Numbered from the stretch's first letter, positions 32,428 through 42,151 are shown. The stretch is DNA of 58,820 bases from Candidatus Limnocylindrales bacterium (GCA_035559535.1 DATMBG010000043.1:124001-182820); one strand, 5' to 3'. Numbers and translations: made by a program. Notes: generated by a model from the letters alone, not told the origin.

Positions 32428-32504
32428 CTAAGAGAAATATAATCCACAAAGGCTACCAAGAAAACTCAGAAAATATAAAAACCGTGTAGAGGTTGCCAAT
32501 CCCT

Positions 32505-33737
32505 ATGCATAAAAAGGCGGACATTGTCATCATTGGAGCAGGGGCAGCGGGACTTATGGCCGGCATTTGGGCAGGACGGACAGATCCAAACCGCTCTATT
32601 ATCATCCTGGATGGAGCCCGTAAGCTCGGAGCAAAGATCCTTGTATCTGGTGGGGGACGGTGCAATGTAACCCATGATCAGGTCGACGAATATGCCTATG
32701 CAGGTTCCTCCCGCAATGCCATTAAGAAGGTGCTTCGTCGATTTGATGTCCCTCAAACCGTTGAATTCTTCCGAGAGTTGGGTGTTGATCTCAAACGAGA
32801 AGAAACCGGGAAACTCTTTCCTGTTACCGATAACGCAAAAACCGTTCTCCAGGCTTTACTCGTCGCGGTAGAGAAAGCTAATGTACAAATCAAATATCCT
32901 TACCGGGTAGAGAGGGTTGAGAAAACAAAGGAAGGTTTTTGCATCCGGGGGGTGTGGGGCCAGATCCATGCACGCTATGTAGTCCTGGCTACCGGAGGAA
33001 AAAGCCTTCCCCGATCGGGTTCTGATGGACACGGTTATGAAATCGCTAAATCTCTGGGTCACCGCCTCACACCCCATATCTTTCCGGCTCTCGTGCCTTT
33101 GACCTTACCAAAGGATCATTTTATCTGCGCCCTGAGTGGAATCACCGTACCGGCCACCCTGGATTTGTGGTCAGGAAGTGGCAAAAAGTTAATTTCGTTC
33201 ACCGACTCCACGCTTTGTACCCATTTTGGACTTTCCGGACCCTCCGTCCTCGATATAAGCCGATACTATATCGCAGCCAGGTATGAGGATCCTAAGACCA
33301 CACTGACCATTAATTGGCTACCTGGAAAGACTCCAGAACAGATGGATCAGGAGTTGCAAGCCTTGGGATCGACCCTTCTGCAAAGGTATCTTCATACCTA
33401 TTTACCCCAACGATTGGCACGTACTCTCTGTGAACAGGCCGGTGTTGAACCGGGTACCCCGGGTCATCAACTGACCCGAACCCAGCGGAAGGCCCTGGTT
33501 CATACGGTTACCCGATTACCGTTACCCCTTACCGGTCATCGTGGATACAACTTCGCCGAAGTTACAGCCGGTGGGGTACCCCTCGACGAACTGCACCTCA
33601 ATACCATGGCATCGAGAGTTTGTCCCGGGTTATATCTCTGTGGGGAAATTTGCGATGTAGACGGTCGCGTTGGTGGTTTCAATTTTCAATGGGCCTGGGC
33701 AAGCGGCTATACGGCCGGCATATCGGTGGGAAAATAA
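32505..33737 (+). CDS. HI0933/YhiN (BaiN-like) flavoprotein
   Basis: GAGAAG, KILVSGGGRCNVT, LATGGKS, THFGLSGP, VTAGGV, GGFNFQWAWASG. Confidence 0.93.
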   Translation: MHKKADIVIIGAGAAGLMAGIWAGRTDPNRSIIILDGARKLGAKILVSGGGRCNVTHDQVDEYAYAGSSRNAIKKVLRRFDVPQTVEFFRELGVDLKREETGKLFPVTDNAKTVLQALLVAVEKANVQIKYPYRVERVEKTKEGFCIRGVWGQIHARYVVLATGGKSLPRSGSDGHGYEIAKSLGHRLTPHIFPALVPLTLPKDHFICALSGITVPATLDLWSGSGKKLISFTDSTLCTHFGLSGPSVLDISRYYIAARYEDPKTTLTINWLPGKTPEQMDQELQALGSTLLQRYLHTYLPQRLARTLCEQAGVEPGTPGHQLTRTQRKALVHTVTRLPLPLTGHRGYNFAEVTAGGVPLDELHLNTMASRVCPGLYLCGEICDVDGRVGGFNFQWAWASGYTAGISVGK

Positions 33738-33874
33738 AATCTACTTAATCCCCGGGAACCAGGCATAGCGAAAAACCTGTCTCATCCAAACTCCTCCCCC
33801 TTCTCAATACAAAACCCGAATATCTACCCCCTTATAGGGGTTATCAAAAACGTGAATTCTTGCTGATTTTTATA

Positions 33875-33903
33875 TTGACAAGGGAACTGTTTATCGATAA
33901 AAG
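33875..33903 (+). promoter_or_regulatory. Putative sigma70 promoter of the nicotinate cluster with an overlapping palindromic operator
   Basis: TTGACA-17 nt-TAAAAG. Perfect palindrome TTTATCGATAAA at 33890-33901. Confidence 0.45.
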
Positions 33904-33974
33904 GAGTTAAATTCTTCCTACAGAGAAGTAAAAAATATAAAACAATTTACTGCCTAAGATAAGGCTTAAAAGTT

Positions 33975-35135
33975 ATGGCGAAGACGGTGATAAAAAATAT
34001 TGGGACGCTGATCTCGGGAGATTTTTCTAATCCTCTTTTGGAGGGGGATACGCTGGTGATTGAGAACGGTCGGATTCTCCAAACCGGATATTGGAAAGAT
34101 TGTCAGACGGAAGGTGCCCAGAAAATCATTGACGCCAAAGGAAGTACGGTAGCCCCGGGTTTAATAGATTCCCATGTCCATCCAGTTTTTGGAGATTTTA
34201 CGCCCAGGCAGAGAACGGTTGATTTCATCGATAGTGAGCTCCACGGTGGGGTAACGACCATGATTTCTGCCGGAGAAGTTCATTTACCGGGTCGGCCTAA
34301 GGATATTGTAGGTGTGAAGGCGCTGGCCATAGTAGCCGCCCGTTCTTTTAAAAATCTGAGACCCAGCGGAGTCAAAGTTCATGCGGGGGCTCCCATTCTG
34401 GAACTGGGGATGGTTGAGGAAGACTTTGCCGAAATGGCCCGGGCCGGGGTGAAACTTATCGGTGAGATCGGGCTGGGGAGTGTGAAAGAAGGGAAAGATG
34501 CTGCACCGATGGTACGGTGGGCCAAGAAATACGATATGACCGTTACGATCCATACCGGAGGCCCGTCCATTGCAGGAAGTAATGCGATCACTGCAGATAC
34601 CGTTATGGAAGCAAGCCCCCATATCGTGGGACACATCAACGGAGGCCATACTTCGATGCTTTTAAAAGATATTGAGAAGTTGGTGACTCAAACCGACATG
34701 GCCCTGGAGATAGTCCATTGTGGTAATATCAAAGCCGCTTTGCATACTTTAACCACGGCACGAGAGACGGGAAATTTGCACCGTATCATTATCGGAAATG
34801 ATGCCCCTTCCGGAACAGGTGTCATACCGTTGGGCATCTTACGGGTTCTGAGCTTTCTTTCGTCCTTTGAAGAGGTGGCTCCCGAACAGATCTTTGCTAT
34901 GGCCACGGGAAATACGGCTCGTGTCCATAACCTTCCGGTAGGATTTATCAAACCGGGTTACGAAGCAGACCTGATAATTATCGATGCTCCCATAGGCTCC
35001 GCCGGAAAAGATGCTCTTTCGGCCCTTAAAGCAGGCGACCTTCCCGGCATCTCCATGGTTCTCGTCGACGGCGAGATTAAGGTCCAGAAAAGTCGAAATA
35101 CTCCTCCAGCAGCTCGTATGGCGGAGGTATCTTAA
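33975..35135 (+). CDS. ena: Enamidase (amidohydrolase of nicotinate fermentation)
   Basis: DSHVH, PRQ..DFI...LHGGVTTMISAG..H.PGRP.D, HTGG, HINGG, GNDAPSGTG.IPLGILR and KSRNTPPA, as recalled for the Eubacterium barkeri enamidase. Confidence 0.88.
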   Translation: MAKTVIKNIGTLISGDFSNPLLEGDTLVIENGRILQTGYWKDCQTEGAQKIIDAKGSTVAPGLIDSHVHPVFGDFTPRQRTVDFIDSELHGGVTTMISAGEVHLPGRPKDIVGVKALAIVAARSFKNLRPSGVKVHAGAPILELGMVEEDFAEMARAGVKLIGEIGLGSVKEGKDAAPMVRWAKKYDMTVTIHTGGPSIAGSNAITADTVMEASPHIVGHINGGHTSMLLKDIEKLVTQTDMALEIVHCGNIKAALHTLTTARETGNLHRIIIGNDAPSGTGVIPLGILRVLSFLSSFEEVAPEQIFAMATGNTARVHNLPVGFIKPGYEADLIIIDAPIGSAGKDALSALKAGDLPGISMVLVDGEIKVQKSRNTPPAARMAEVS

Positions 35136-36023
35136 GTGTACATTCTGGCCAGGTCCCTTAAAGAAGCGACTGAATTTCTCTTTGCAGCATCGGAAAGGGT
35201 TATTATTCTGGCAGGTGGGACCGATTTGATGGTTTTCAATAGGGACCTGATCGCAGAGGCCGAACAACGGAAAAATCCGATTTTAGATGTTTCTCGGGTT
35301 GCGGAGATGCGAAACATCCGGCTGGAAAATCATCAACTGGTCATCGGAAGTGTGGTAACCTATCGAGATGTCTTGTTGAGTCGACCGGTCCAGCGTTATG
35401 GTTTAGCTCTGGTAGAAGCTTCCCAGAGAACCGGTTCCGCCCAGATTCGTAATGTGGGAACATTGGGGGGGAATGTGGTAAATGCTTCCCCGGCCGGAGA
35501 TGCTTTGACGGCCCTGATAGCCCTTAATGGGGAAGTTGAGATAGCTTATGGGCAGGAATATTATCGGCAAAATATCGAAACTTTCCTTAAAGGGCCTAAA
35601 AAAACAGGGCTGCCTGAAAATCACCTGGTTACGCGCCTTTTAGTTCCTGTTTACCAGGGTTATGTTGGAAGTTCGTTTTACAAGTTAGTTAACCGTGCTT
35701 CGAGTCAGCATGGTTTGGCTATTTCGGTGGTCAGTGCTACTGCAGTAGTTCAGTTAAGCAAGGATAAGTCCCGCATAGAACGGACCCGATTGGTATTGGG
35801 AGCTGTGGCTCCTACACCAGTTCGTGCCCGACCAAGCGAGGAAATCCTGCAGGAGCGTCCAATCTCCAGGGATCTTATCAAAGAAGCTGCGCTAGCCGCC
35901 GTTCAGGTTATCGCGCCTATCGACGATATCCGTGCCACGGCTACCTATCGCCGGGAAGTAGTCCCTGCGATTGTAGAAAATGTGTTGATCCATGCAATCA
36001 GAAAAGCTGCCTATTCATCCTGA
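35136..36023 (+). CDS. Molybdenum hydroxylase FAD-binding subunit (NdhF/CoxM-like)
   Basis: AGGTDL, QIRNVGTLGGN..NASPAGD, GAVAPTP, PIDDIRATATYR. The GTG start abuts the enamidase stop. Confidence 0.9.
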   Translation: MYILARSLKEATEFLFAASERVIILAGGTDLMVFNRDLIAEAEQRKNPILDVSRVAEMRNIRLENHQLVIGSVVTYRDVLLSRPVQRYGLALVEASQRTGSAQIRNVGTLGGNVVNASPAGDALTALIALNGEVEIAYGQEYYRQNIETFLKGPKKTGLPENHLVTRLLVPVYQGYVGSSFYKLVNRASSQHGLAISVVSATAVVQLSKDKSRIERTRLVLGAVAPTPVRARPSEEILQERPISRDLIKEAALAAVQVIAPIDDIRATATYRREVVPAIVENVLIHAIRKAAYSS

Positions 36024-36058
36024 CCGTCCCTATTTTAGCTTAACAACTGTAACCATCC

Positions 36059-38854
36059 ATGTTTGAAATCCGTTTTACCCTTAATGAACAGCCTGTCTGT
36101 GTTTTTTCGCATCCCGGCAAGTCATTGCTACAGGTCTTACGGGAAGATCTAAAATTAACAGGTACCAAAATGGGGTGCTTGGAAGGTGAATGTGGAGCTT
36201 GCAGTGTTTTTGTTAACGGAACTCTGGTTAATTCCTGTTTAATACCGGTAGGTAAAGTACAGGGGAGTACCGTGATAACCATCGAAGGATTGGCCGGGCA
36301 CCCGGACTTTCCCGTTATCCAACGGGCTTTCTTGGAAAAATGGGCGGTTCAATGTGGAATTTGTATTCCTGGGATGATCATGGCAACCAAGGCTCTGTTA
36401 GATAAAAATCCCAATCCTTCCCGACAAGAGATTAAAACCTTTTTATCCGGTAATCTTTGTCGATGTACAGGATACGTGAAGATCCTGGAAGCAGTGGAGT
36501 TTGCAGCGTTCCTCCTGCAGGGAGATCCAAAAAATGGAGATGCCCGGGTAGAAGAGCAGGGGAGTAGGGAAGATGGGGCAGTTGCCTTCTCCCCCTCCCC
36601 TATCCGCCTGGTTGGCCGCTCCATAACCCGGGTGGATGGTGCCGAGAAGATTTCAGGTACAGCCAAATATGCAGATGACTATCATCTGGAGGATATGCAT
36701 TACCTTCACCTGGTGCGGAGTCCCCATGCCCATGCCAGGATTTTGAGGATTCAAATGGAAGAGGCTCTCCTGGAACCGGGGGTTCTGGGGATTCTAACGG
36801 CTAAAGATATTCCCGGTCGTAATCGGTTTGGTATTATTGTTGAAGATCAGCCGGTTCTGGCCGAAGATCGGGTCCGGTTCAAAGGGGAAGCCGTGGCTAT
36901 GGTGGTTGCCTCTTCTCGAGAAAGAGCTCAAAAGGCTGCAGAAAAGGTCCGGGTGGACTATGAACTACTACCTGCCCTGTTCTCACCCTTTGAGGCTTTG
37001 AAACCGGATGCCCCCCAACTCCATGACTCCGGAAATATACTTTCGAATCCCATGGTAAAGCGAGGTGATGTAGAAGAAGGGTTCTCCCAATCTGAAATTA
37101 TTGTGGAGAATACCTTTGAGACTACCTTCATCGAGCATGCTTACCTTGAGACTGAAGCCGGAATTGCCTACCTGGATGAAAAGGGTCGCATTACCCTGCG
37201 GGTTTCGACCCAAACCCCCCACATGGATCAGGAAGCGACTGCCAGGATCCTGGGAGTACCGGGTCATCAGGTTCGGGTTATCCAGGCAACCACGGGGGGA
37301 GGATTTGGAGGTAAACTGGATATCTCCGTTCAGCCTTTCCTGGCTCTGGCCGTTCATAAGTTTGGAAAACCGGTTAAATTGACTTACAGCCGGGAGGAAT
37401 CCTTTCTCAGTACCACAAAACGCCATCCCTATGTCATGACTTGTAAACTGGGTGCTAAACGGGATGGTACCCTGGTTGCGGCTCAGGTAAACATTGTAGG
37501 AGATACCGGGGCTTATGCTTCGTGGGGTCCAACTGTCATTAAGCGTGCGGTTATCCACGGGAGTGGTCCTTACTCCCTCTCCCATTACCTGGGTGAGGGT
37601 AAGGTTGTGTACACCAACAATCCCATTGCCGGAGCCATGAGAGGATTCAGCACGCCGCAAATGGCCTTTGCAACCGAATCCCAGATGGATATCCTGGCGA
37701 CCAGATTGGGTATAGATCCTATCGCACTTCGGTTAAAAAACTGTTTGAAACCCGGCTCGGTTACAGCTACCGGACAGGTCTTGGGTGTGAGTGTCGGAAT
37801 GGAGGAAACCTTGCTGGCCGTCCGGAATAAATGGGAGGAGATCAAGGGAAGATATCCTCTGGGGCGGCAAGGAGATTTCGCCTATGGATTTGGGGTAGCG
37901 GGTATGTGGTATGGAATTGGAAATACGGCCATGAGCAACCCTTCCCGCGTGAGATTAGAACTGGAGCCCGATGGGAAAATCCATCTCTATACCGGTGCAG
38001 CCGATATTGGACAGGGTTCAAGCACGGTTCTTCTTCAAATTTTGGCCGATGAAATGGAAACCTCTATGGATCAACTTCGCCTGACTACAGCCGACACAGA
38101 AATTACCCCTGATTCCGGAAAAACCTCGGCCAGCCGCCAGGTTTTTATCACAGGAAATGCTATTCGGGATGCAGCAGGACAACTGAAGGAGACTTTGCTG
38201 AAACGAGGAGCAGAACTCTTGAAATGCCCAATAGATAGCTTAAACGTGGGTCGTGGGTATATCTTCTCTCAGGATCAACAACGATCTGTATCCTTTGCCG
38301 AAGTTGCCCGTTATCTTCGAGATACCCGGTCTCCCACCTCTTTTATGGGCTACTTTGATCCTCAAACAACCCCTCTCAGCGAGCTTGGACAGGGATCTCC
38401 TTACCAAACTTATGGTTTCGGAACCCATCTGGCCCATGTTCAAGTCCATACCCGTACGGGGGAAGTTAAGGTCCTTCAGTTTATCGCAGCCCACGATGTC
38501 GGCAGAGCGATCAATCCCAAAGGCGTCGAGGGTCAAATTGAAGGAGGGGTTGTAATGGGGTTAGGATTTGCCCTTACAGAACGGTTTGTTCCAGAGAAAA
38601 CCCACAATTTTTCCACTTATTTAATTCCAACCTTCGAGGAAACTCCCGAAATTTATCCCCTTATCATTGAAAGTGAAGAACCTGCAGGTCCTTTTGGTGC
38701 AAAGGGGGTAGGAGAATTGGCCATGATCGGCACGGCCCCGGCCATTATTAACGCCATTTATAATGCCACAGGGGCCCGGATTTATAGCCTTCCGGCAACT
38801 CCAGAGAAGGTTTTTAATGCCTTAAAAAATAGTTCGTTGTCCGGGGCCCGTTGA
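36059..38854 (+). CDS. Fused 2x[2Fe-2S] + molybdopterin subunit, probable nicotinate dehydrogenase
   Basis: GCLEGECGAC, QCGICIPG, NLCRCTGY, then GGGFGGK, MRGF..PQ, DIGQG, GQIEGG, AKGVGE. The substrate is inferred from the neighbouring genes. Confidence 0.88.
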   Translation: MFEIRFTLNEQPVCVFSHPGKSLLQVLREDLKLTGTKMGCLEGECGACSVFVNGTLVNSCLIPVGKVQGSTVITIEGLAGHPDFPVIQRAFLEKWAVQCGICIPGMIMATKALLDKNPNPSRQEIKTFLSGNLCRCTGYVKILEAVEFAAFLLQGDPKNGDARVEEQGSREDGAVAFSPSPIRLVGRSITRVDGAEKISGTAKYADDYHLEDMHYLHLVRSPHAHARILRIQMEEALLEPGVLGILTAKDIPGRNRFGIIVEDQPVLAEDRVRFKGEAVAMVVASSRERAQKAAEKVRVDYELLPALFSPFEALKPDAPQLHDSGNILSNPMVKRGDVEEGFSQSEIIVENTFETTFIEHAYLETEAGIAYLDEKGRITLRVSTQTPHMDQEATARILGVPGHQVRVIQATTGGGFGGKLDISVQPFLALAVHKFGKPVKLTYSREESFLSTTKRHPYVMTCKLGAKRDGTLVAAQVNIVGDTGAYASWGPTVIKRAVIHGSGPYSLSHYLGEGKVVYTNNPIAGAMRGFSTPQMAFATESQMDILATRLGIDPIALRLKNCLKPGSVTATGQVLGVSVGMEETLLAVRNKWEEIKGRYPLGRQGDFAYGFGVAGMWYGIGNTAMSNPSRVRLELEPDGKIHLYTGAADIGQGSSTVLLQILADEMETSMDQLRLTTADTEITPDSGKTSASRQVFITGNAIRDAAGQLKETLLKRGAELLKCPIDSLNVGRGYIFSQDQQRSVSFAEVARYLRDTRSPTSFMGYFDPQTTPLSELGQGSPYQTYGFGTHLAHVQVHTRTGEVKVLQFIAAHDVGRAINPKGVEGQIEGGVVMGLGFALTERFVPEKTHNFSTYLIPTFEETPEIYPLIIESEEPAGPFGAKGVGELAMIGTAPAIINAIYNATGARIYSLPATPEKVFNALKNSSLSGAR

Positions 38855-38962
38855 AACTCCGGATACAGAGAATCCGAAGACCATTTTTCTGGCTTATCTC
38901 TCTGGGTTCAGGGTTATGGAGGTCAAGAGAGCAACAGACCCCAGACAACGGACGGCGGACAG

Positions 38963-40333
38963 ATGTCCGAGGAAAATATTGTAACCTGCAAATGTTGCCC
39001 TGTTTTCTGCCGAATTCGGCCCGGCCAGAAGGGAGCCTGTTTACGGTATGAAAATTACAACGGTGAGGTTCGCCGGACGATCCCACTGGTACGTTATGAC
39101 GCTATCAAGGAGGTTGCGGCAGATAACGACCAGCCGATAACAAATCACGAACTACAACCGGAAATTACAGGGATCGGTTCGGGAACCACTTATCCGGATT
39201 ATAAAAGAGCTCCCTTTATCGTTCAATACGAGGAAAGTGGTGTCGAAGTGGTTACGGTGGTATCGGAAGTGCCGCTCAGTTATTGTGGGATGGAAATTAA
39301 ACTGGATACCGATGAGTATATCGGGGAGGAGTGTGCCAAGGTTCATAGCGAGGGAGTTCAGGTTGGGTTTGTAGCACAAGAACAGTATGGATCCAAGATG
39401 CTCAGCCTGGGGGGAATTAATTTCATCAAGGAGAAAAAATCCGGGTTGAAAACCGTTCTCCTCATGGAAGCCATTGCCAATCGAGAAAAGGTGGAGGTTC
39501 AAATAGAAAGGGGAGCCCATATTGAATTCCGGGTGGGGGAAGCTCCTGTTATCAATGGGAAAAAAATCCAAAAGATGCGGGTGGGTTGTGGAAGCGCAGC
39601 CATGGCTTTATTTGCGTATCCTTTCCGAGAAGCCGCAGATGAGGTCATTGTAATCGACTCAGATTTAACTGCGATCTATACAGAGCATCCCGTGGGTAAG
39701 GATTTAGCTTCGGGTTTTTCCGGTATTCATCTTAAATTCCGTCGAAGCTCTCCAGGTCGGTATTTTGGTGATGATGGAGAGGGTTGGGGAGGAACCTCCA
39801 TTCAGAATCCCGTAGACGTTATCAGTTATATCGAAAACATCCGGGATAAAGAAGGGATGACCATCTTGATCACGGAGGCTACCGGTGAGCGAAGCGCTTT
39901 ATTTCAGGTTCAGAGAGGCAAGCTGATAGAAATTCCATTGACTCCCCAGGCTTCCCGGGTTGTTCAACTCATTCAGGAAAACTGTGAACCTTCCCGGGTA
40001 TCGGCCCTTTTTATCGGAGGAGCCGGTGGAAGTGCCCGGGTAGGAGTTGCCTCTAAACCCTTGAAGTTTACCGAAGCAGTACATCAGGGTAGGGTTAAAA
40101 TGACCTCCGGAGGTGCTCCCGTATTCATTTATCCAGGGGGGGGAATTACCTACCTGGTAGATGTGGAGAAAATCATGAAGGGTTCCTTTGGTTGGATTCC
40201 CACACCGGCTATGGTAGCTCCTATTGAATATACCATGCCGCTGGATCTCTATTTAGAACTGGGAGGATTTGCAGACTCGATCGTACCTTTAAAGGAACTA
40301 AGGGATCCGGTAGTCTTTTACCAGAGACCTTAG
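38963..40333 (+). CDS. hnr: 6-hydroxynicotinate reductase
   Basis: N-terminal CKCCPVFC...GAC, GTTYPDYK.APFIV, QYGSKMLSLGG, MRVGCGSA, GGAGGSAR, PGGGIT, PTPA.VAPIE. Context between the Mo-hydroxylase and UPF0280. Confidence 0.82.
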   Translation: MSEENIVTCKCCPVFCRIRPGQKGACLRYENYNGEVRRTIPLVRYDAIKEVAADNDQPITNHELQPEITGIGSGTTYPDYKRAPFIVQYEESGVEVVTVVSEVPLSYCGMEIKLDTDEYIGEECAKVHSEGVQVGFVAQEQYGSKMLSLGGINFIKEKKSGLKTVLLMEAIANREKVEVQIERGAHIEFRVGEAPVINGKKIQKMRVGCGSAAMALFAYPFREAADEVIVIDSDLTAIYTEHPVGKDLASGFSGIHLKFRRSSPGRYFGDDGEGWGGTSIQNPVDVISYIENIRDKEGMTILITEATGERSALFQVQRGKLIEIPLTPQASRVVQLIQENCEPSRVSALFIGGAGGSARVGVASKPLKFTEAVHQGRVKMTSGGAPVFIYPGGGITYLVDVEKIMKGSFGWIPTPAMVAPIEYTMPLDLYLELGGFADSIVPLKELRDPVVFYQRP

Positions 40334-40446
40334 GGGAAACAAAATATGGCCCCTTCTTCTCCGGGTTTATGAACTTTCCCTTAGAGTTGTGGGGTCTGAC
40401 GGACGATGTTCCTATAACTGCTTGGGGTGGAAAGCAATTCCTTTCC

Positions 40447-41295
40447 ATGAAAGAGTTTCGATTGATAAAGGAAGGTCAGGCTTCTGTTCAGTATGGGCCG
40501 ATGTTTTTAGTGGTCACCGTCTACGATATCCATGGGCCCAATACCCCTCTGGCCCTGGAAGGTGTTAAAAAGGGGACTCAGGTATTCGATCAAGTTGCCC
40601 GTTATAAACAGGTGGTTTTCCAGAATATCTGCAAGGTTAGAGAGGGCCCGAATTATCCCGACGTCGTCAATCATATGATTCAGTCGGTAGCCAGATTGGA
40701 TGATCCGACCTTTACCCCCATGGCGGCGGTTGCCGGATGTATTGCGGATAAAGTGGCCGACTTTCTGGTAGAAAAAGGGGGACAGAAAGTGGTGGTGGAT
40801 AACGGAGGGGATATCGCCATTCGCTTGGGAAATAAGGAGAGTATCGTAGTTGGAATTCGAACCGCTCTGGCTTCCCACCATATACGCTGTAAAGTAACCC
40901 TTTTCAAATCCGATGGAATTGGTGGCGTAGCGACCAGTGGACTGGGAGGACACAGCTTTACCAAGGGAATTGCCACTGCCGCTACAGCGTTTGCGGAGAA
41001 TGCAGGTTATGCCGATGCGGCGGCAACATTCATTGGAAATAGAACAAATATCGAAGATCCGGCCATTGAACGCCGACCGGCTGAGCAGATAAATCCCTTA
41101 ACTGATATTCCGGGTCATCTGGTTACTTACAGGGTAGGAACTCTTAGCAGGGAAAAGAGACTCAGGGCTCTACAAAACGGATTGGAGGCAGCAGAACTCT
41201 TGAGAACCCGAAGAGCCATTCAAGATGCACTGATTGCCATTCAGGAGGATATCTTCATGACAGAGGGTTTACGAGAAAGAATAATTTACTGTTAA
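40447..41295 (+). CDS. UPF0280 / ApbE-like protein
   Basis: TPMAAVAG..AD, VDNGGDIA, GVATSG.GG.SFT.GIA, ADAAAT..GN. No signal peptide. Confidence 0.85.
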   Translation: MKEFRLIKEGQASVQYGPMFLVVTVYDIHGPNTPLALEGVKKGTQVFDQVARYKQVVFQNICKVREGPNYPDVVNHMIQSVARLDDPTFTPMAAVAGCIADKVADFLVEKGGQKVVVDNGGDIAIRLGNKESIVVGIRTALASHHIRCKVTLFKSDGIGGVATSGLGGHSFTKGIATAATAFAENAGYADAAATFIGNRTNIEDPAIERRPAEQINPLTDIPGHLVTYRVGTLSREKRLRALQNGLEAAELLRTRRAIQDALIAIQEDIFMTEGLRERIIYC

Positions 41296-41402
41296 CCTGT
41301 CTGTTGTTCGTTGTCCGTTACCGATGATAGAGTAGGTTAAACGTCTTTGTTTGACAGATGAGAAAGCAACAGGCAACGAATGATGGACAACAGATTCAAG
41401 AA

Positions 41403-41981
41403 ATGAAAATCAGAAAATTCGTTACCATCGTTGAGGAGGTTTTAAGCGAGTTAGGCCGGGAAGTTCCAAAACCGATCAAGAAAGCCGCGGCCATTGCTGT
41501 GATAGAAAATCCGTTTGCAGGAAAATATGTCGAAGATTTAACCGAACTCATTGAAATCGGGGCAGAACTGGGAGATCTATTGGGGAAGCGCGCAGTGGAG
41601 GCTCTGGGGATTTCTCCAGATAAGGTAGAGAGCTATGGTAAAGCAGCTGTCGTGGGAATATTTGGAGAACTGGAGCATGCGGCAGCTATCCTCCATCCCA
41701 AGTTTGGAGATCCTTTTCGAAAACAGGTAGGAGGAGGAAAGGCAATTATTCCTTCAGCCAAAAAGGTCGGACCTCCGGCTACTCCTATTGATATTCCTCT
41801 CCATTACAAAGATGCCGCCTTTGTCCGTTCCCACTTCGATGCCATGGAGGTGCGGGTAGCGGATTCTCCAAGGCCTACAGAAATTTTGGTGGCCCTGGCT
41901 GTGACCGATGGAGGAAGACCTCTGGCCCGAATTGGAGGTTTAAGGAAAGAAGAGGCCAGGAAAGAAGACGGTCTGAGATAA
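41403..41981 (+). CDS. Amino acid synthesis family (DUF1185) protein
   Basis: AVIENPFAG.YVEDL, ESYGKAA.VG..GELEH, D.P...EI.VALA...GGRP..RIGG. Confidence 0.88.
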   Translation: MKIRKFVTIVEEVLSELGREVPKPIKKAAAIAVIENPFAGKYVEDLTELIEIGAELGDLLGKRAVEALGISPDKVESYGKAAVVGIFGELEHAAAILHPKFGDPFRKQVGGGKAIIPSAKKVGPPATPIDIPLHYKDAAFVRSHFDAMEVRVADSPRPTEILVALAVTDGGRPLARIGGLRKEEARKEDGLR

Positions 41982-42048
41982 AAAGGGATGGGTAAAAAAG
42001 GATGGACCCTTACCCCCCGGTCCCCATAGCTGCCAGGATAAGCTGAAA

Positions 42049-42137
42049 AGCCCCGTCAGAGGCGAACGGTCGGTAGCCCCTGACGTAAGTCAGGGGATCC
42101 AGTCATTCAGAATTTTTTCAAGTTCTGGAGGAGCGAC
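42049..42137. repeat. REP-like palindromic element (AGCCCC...GGCGA / CCCCTGAC-GTAA-GTCAGGGG)
   Basis: Perfect hairpin CCCCTGAC-GTAA-GTCAGGGG preceded by GTAG and flanked by two related AGCCCCGTCAGAGGCGA / AGTTCTGGAGGAGCGA motifs. Confidence 0.55.
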
Positions 42138-42151
42138 CTGGGATATTTGTG

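Noticed and set aside
36059-38854. Selenocysteine or recoding in the Mo hydroxylase
   Set aside because: The ORF is uninterrupted, and no selenium-utilisation genes are seen in the window.
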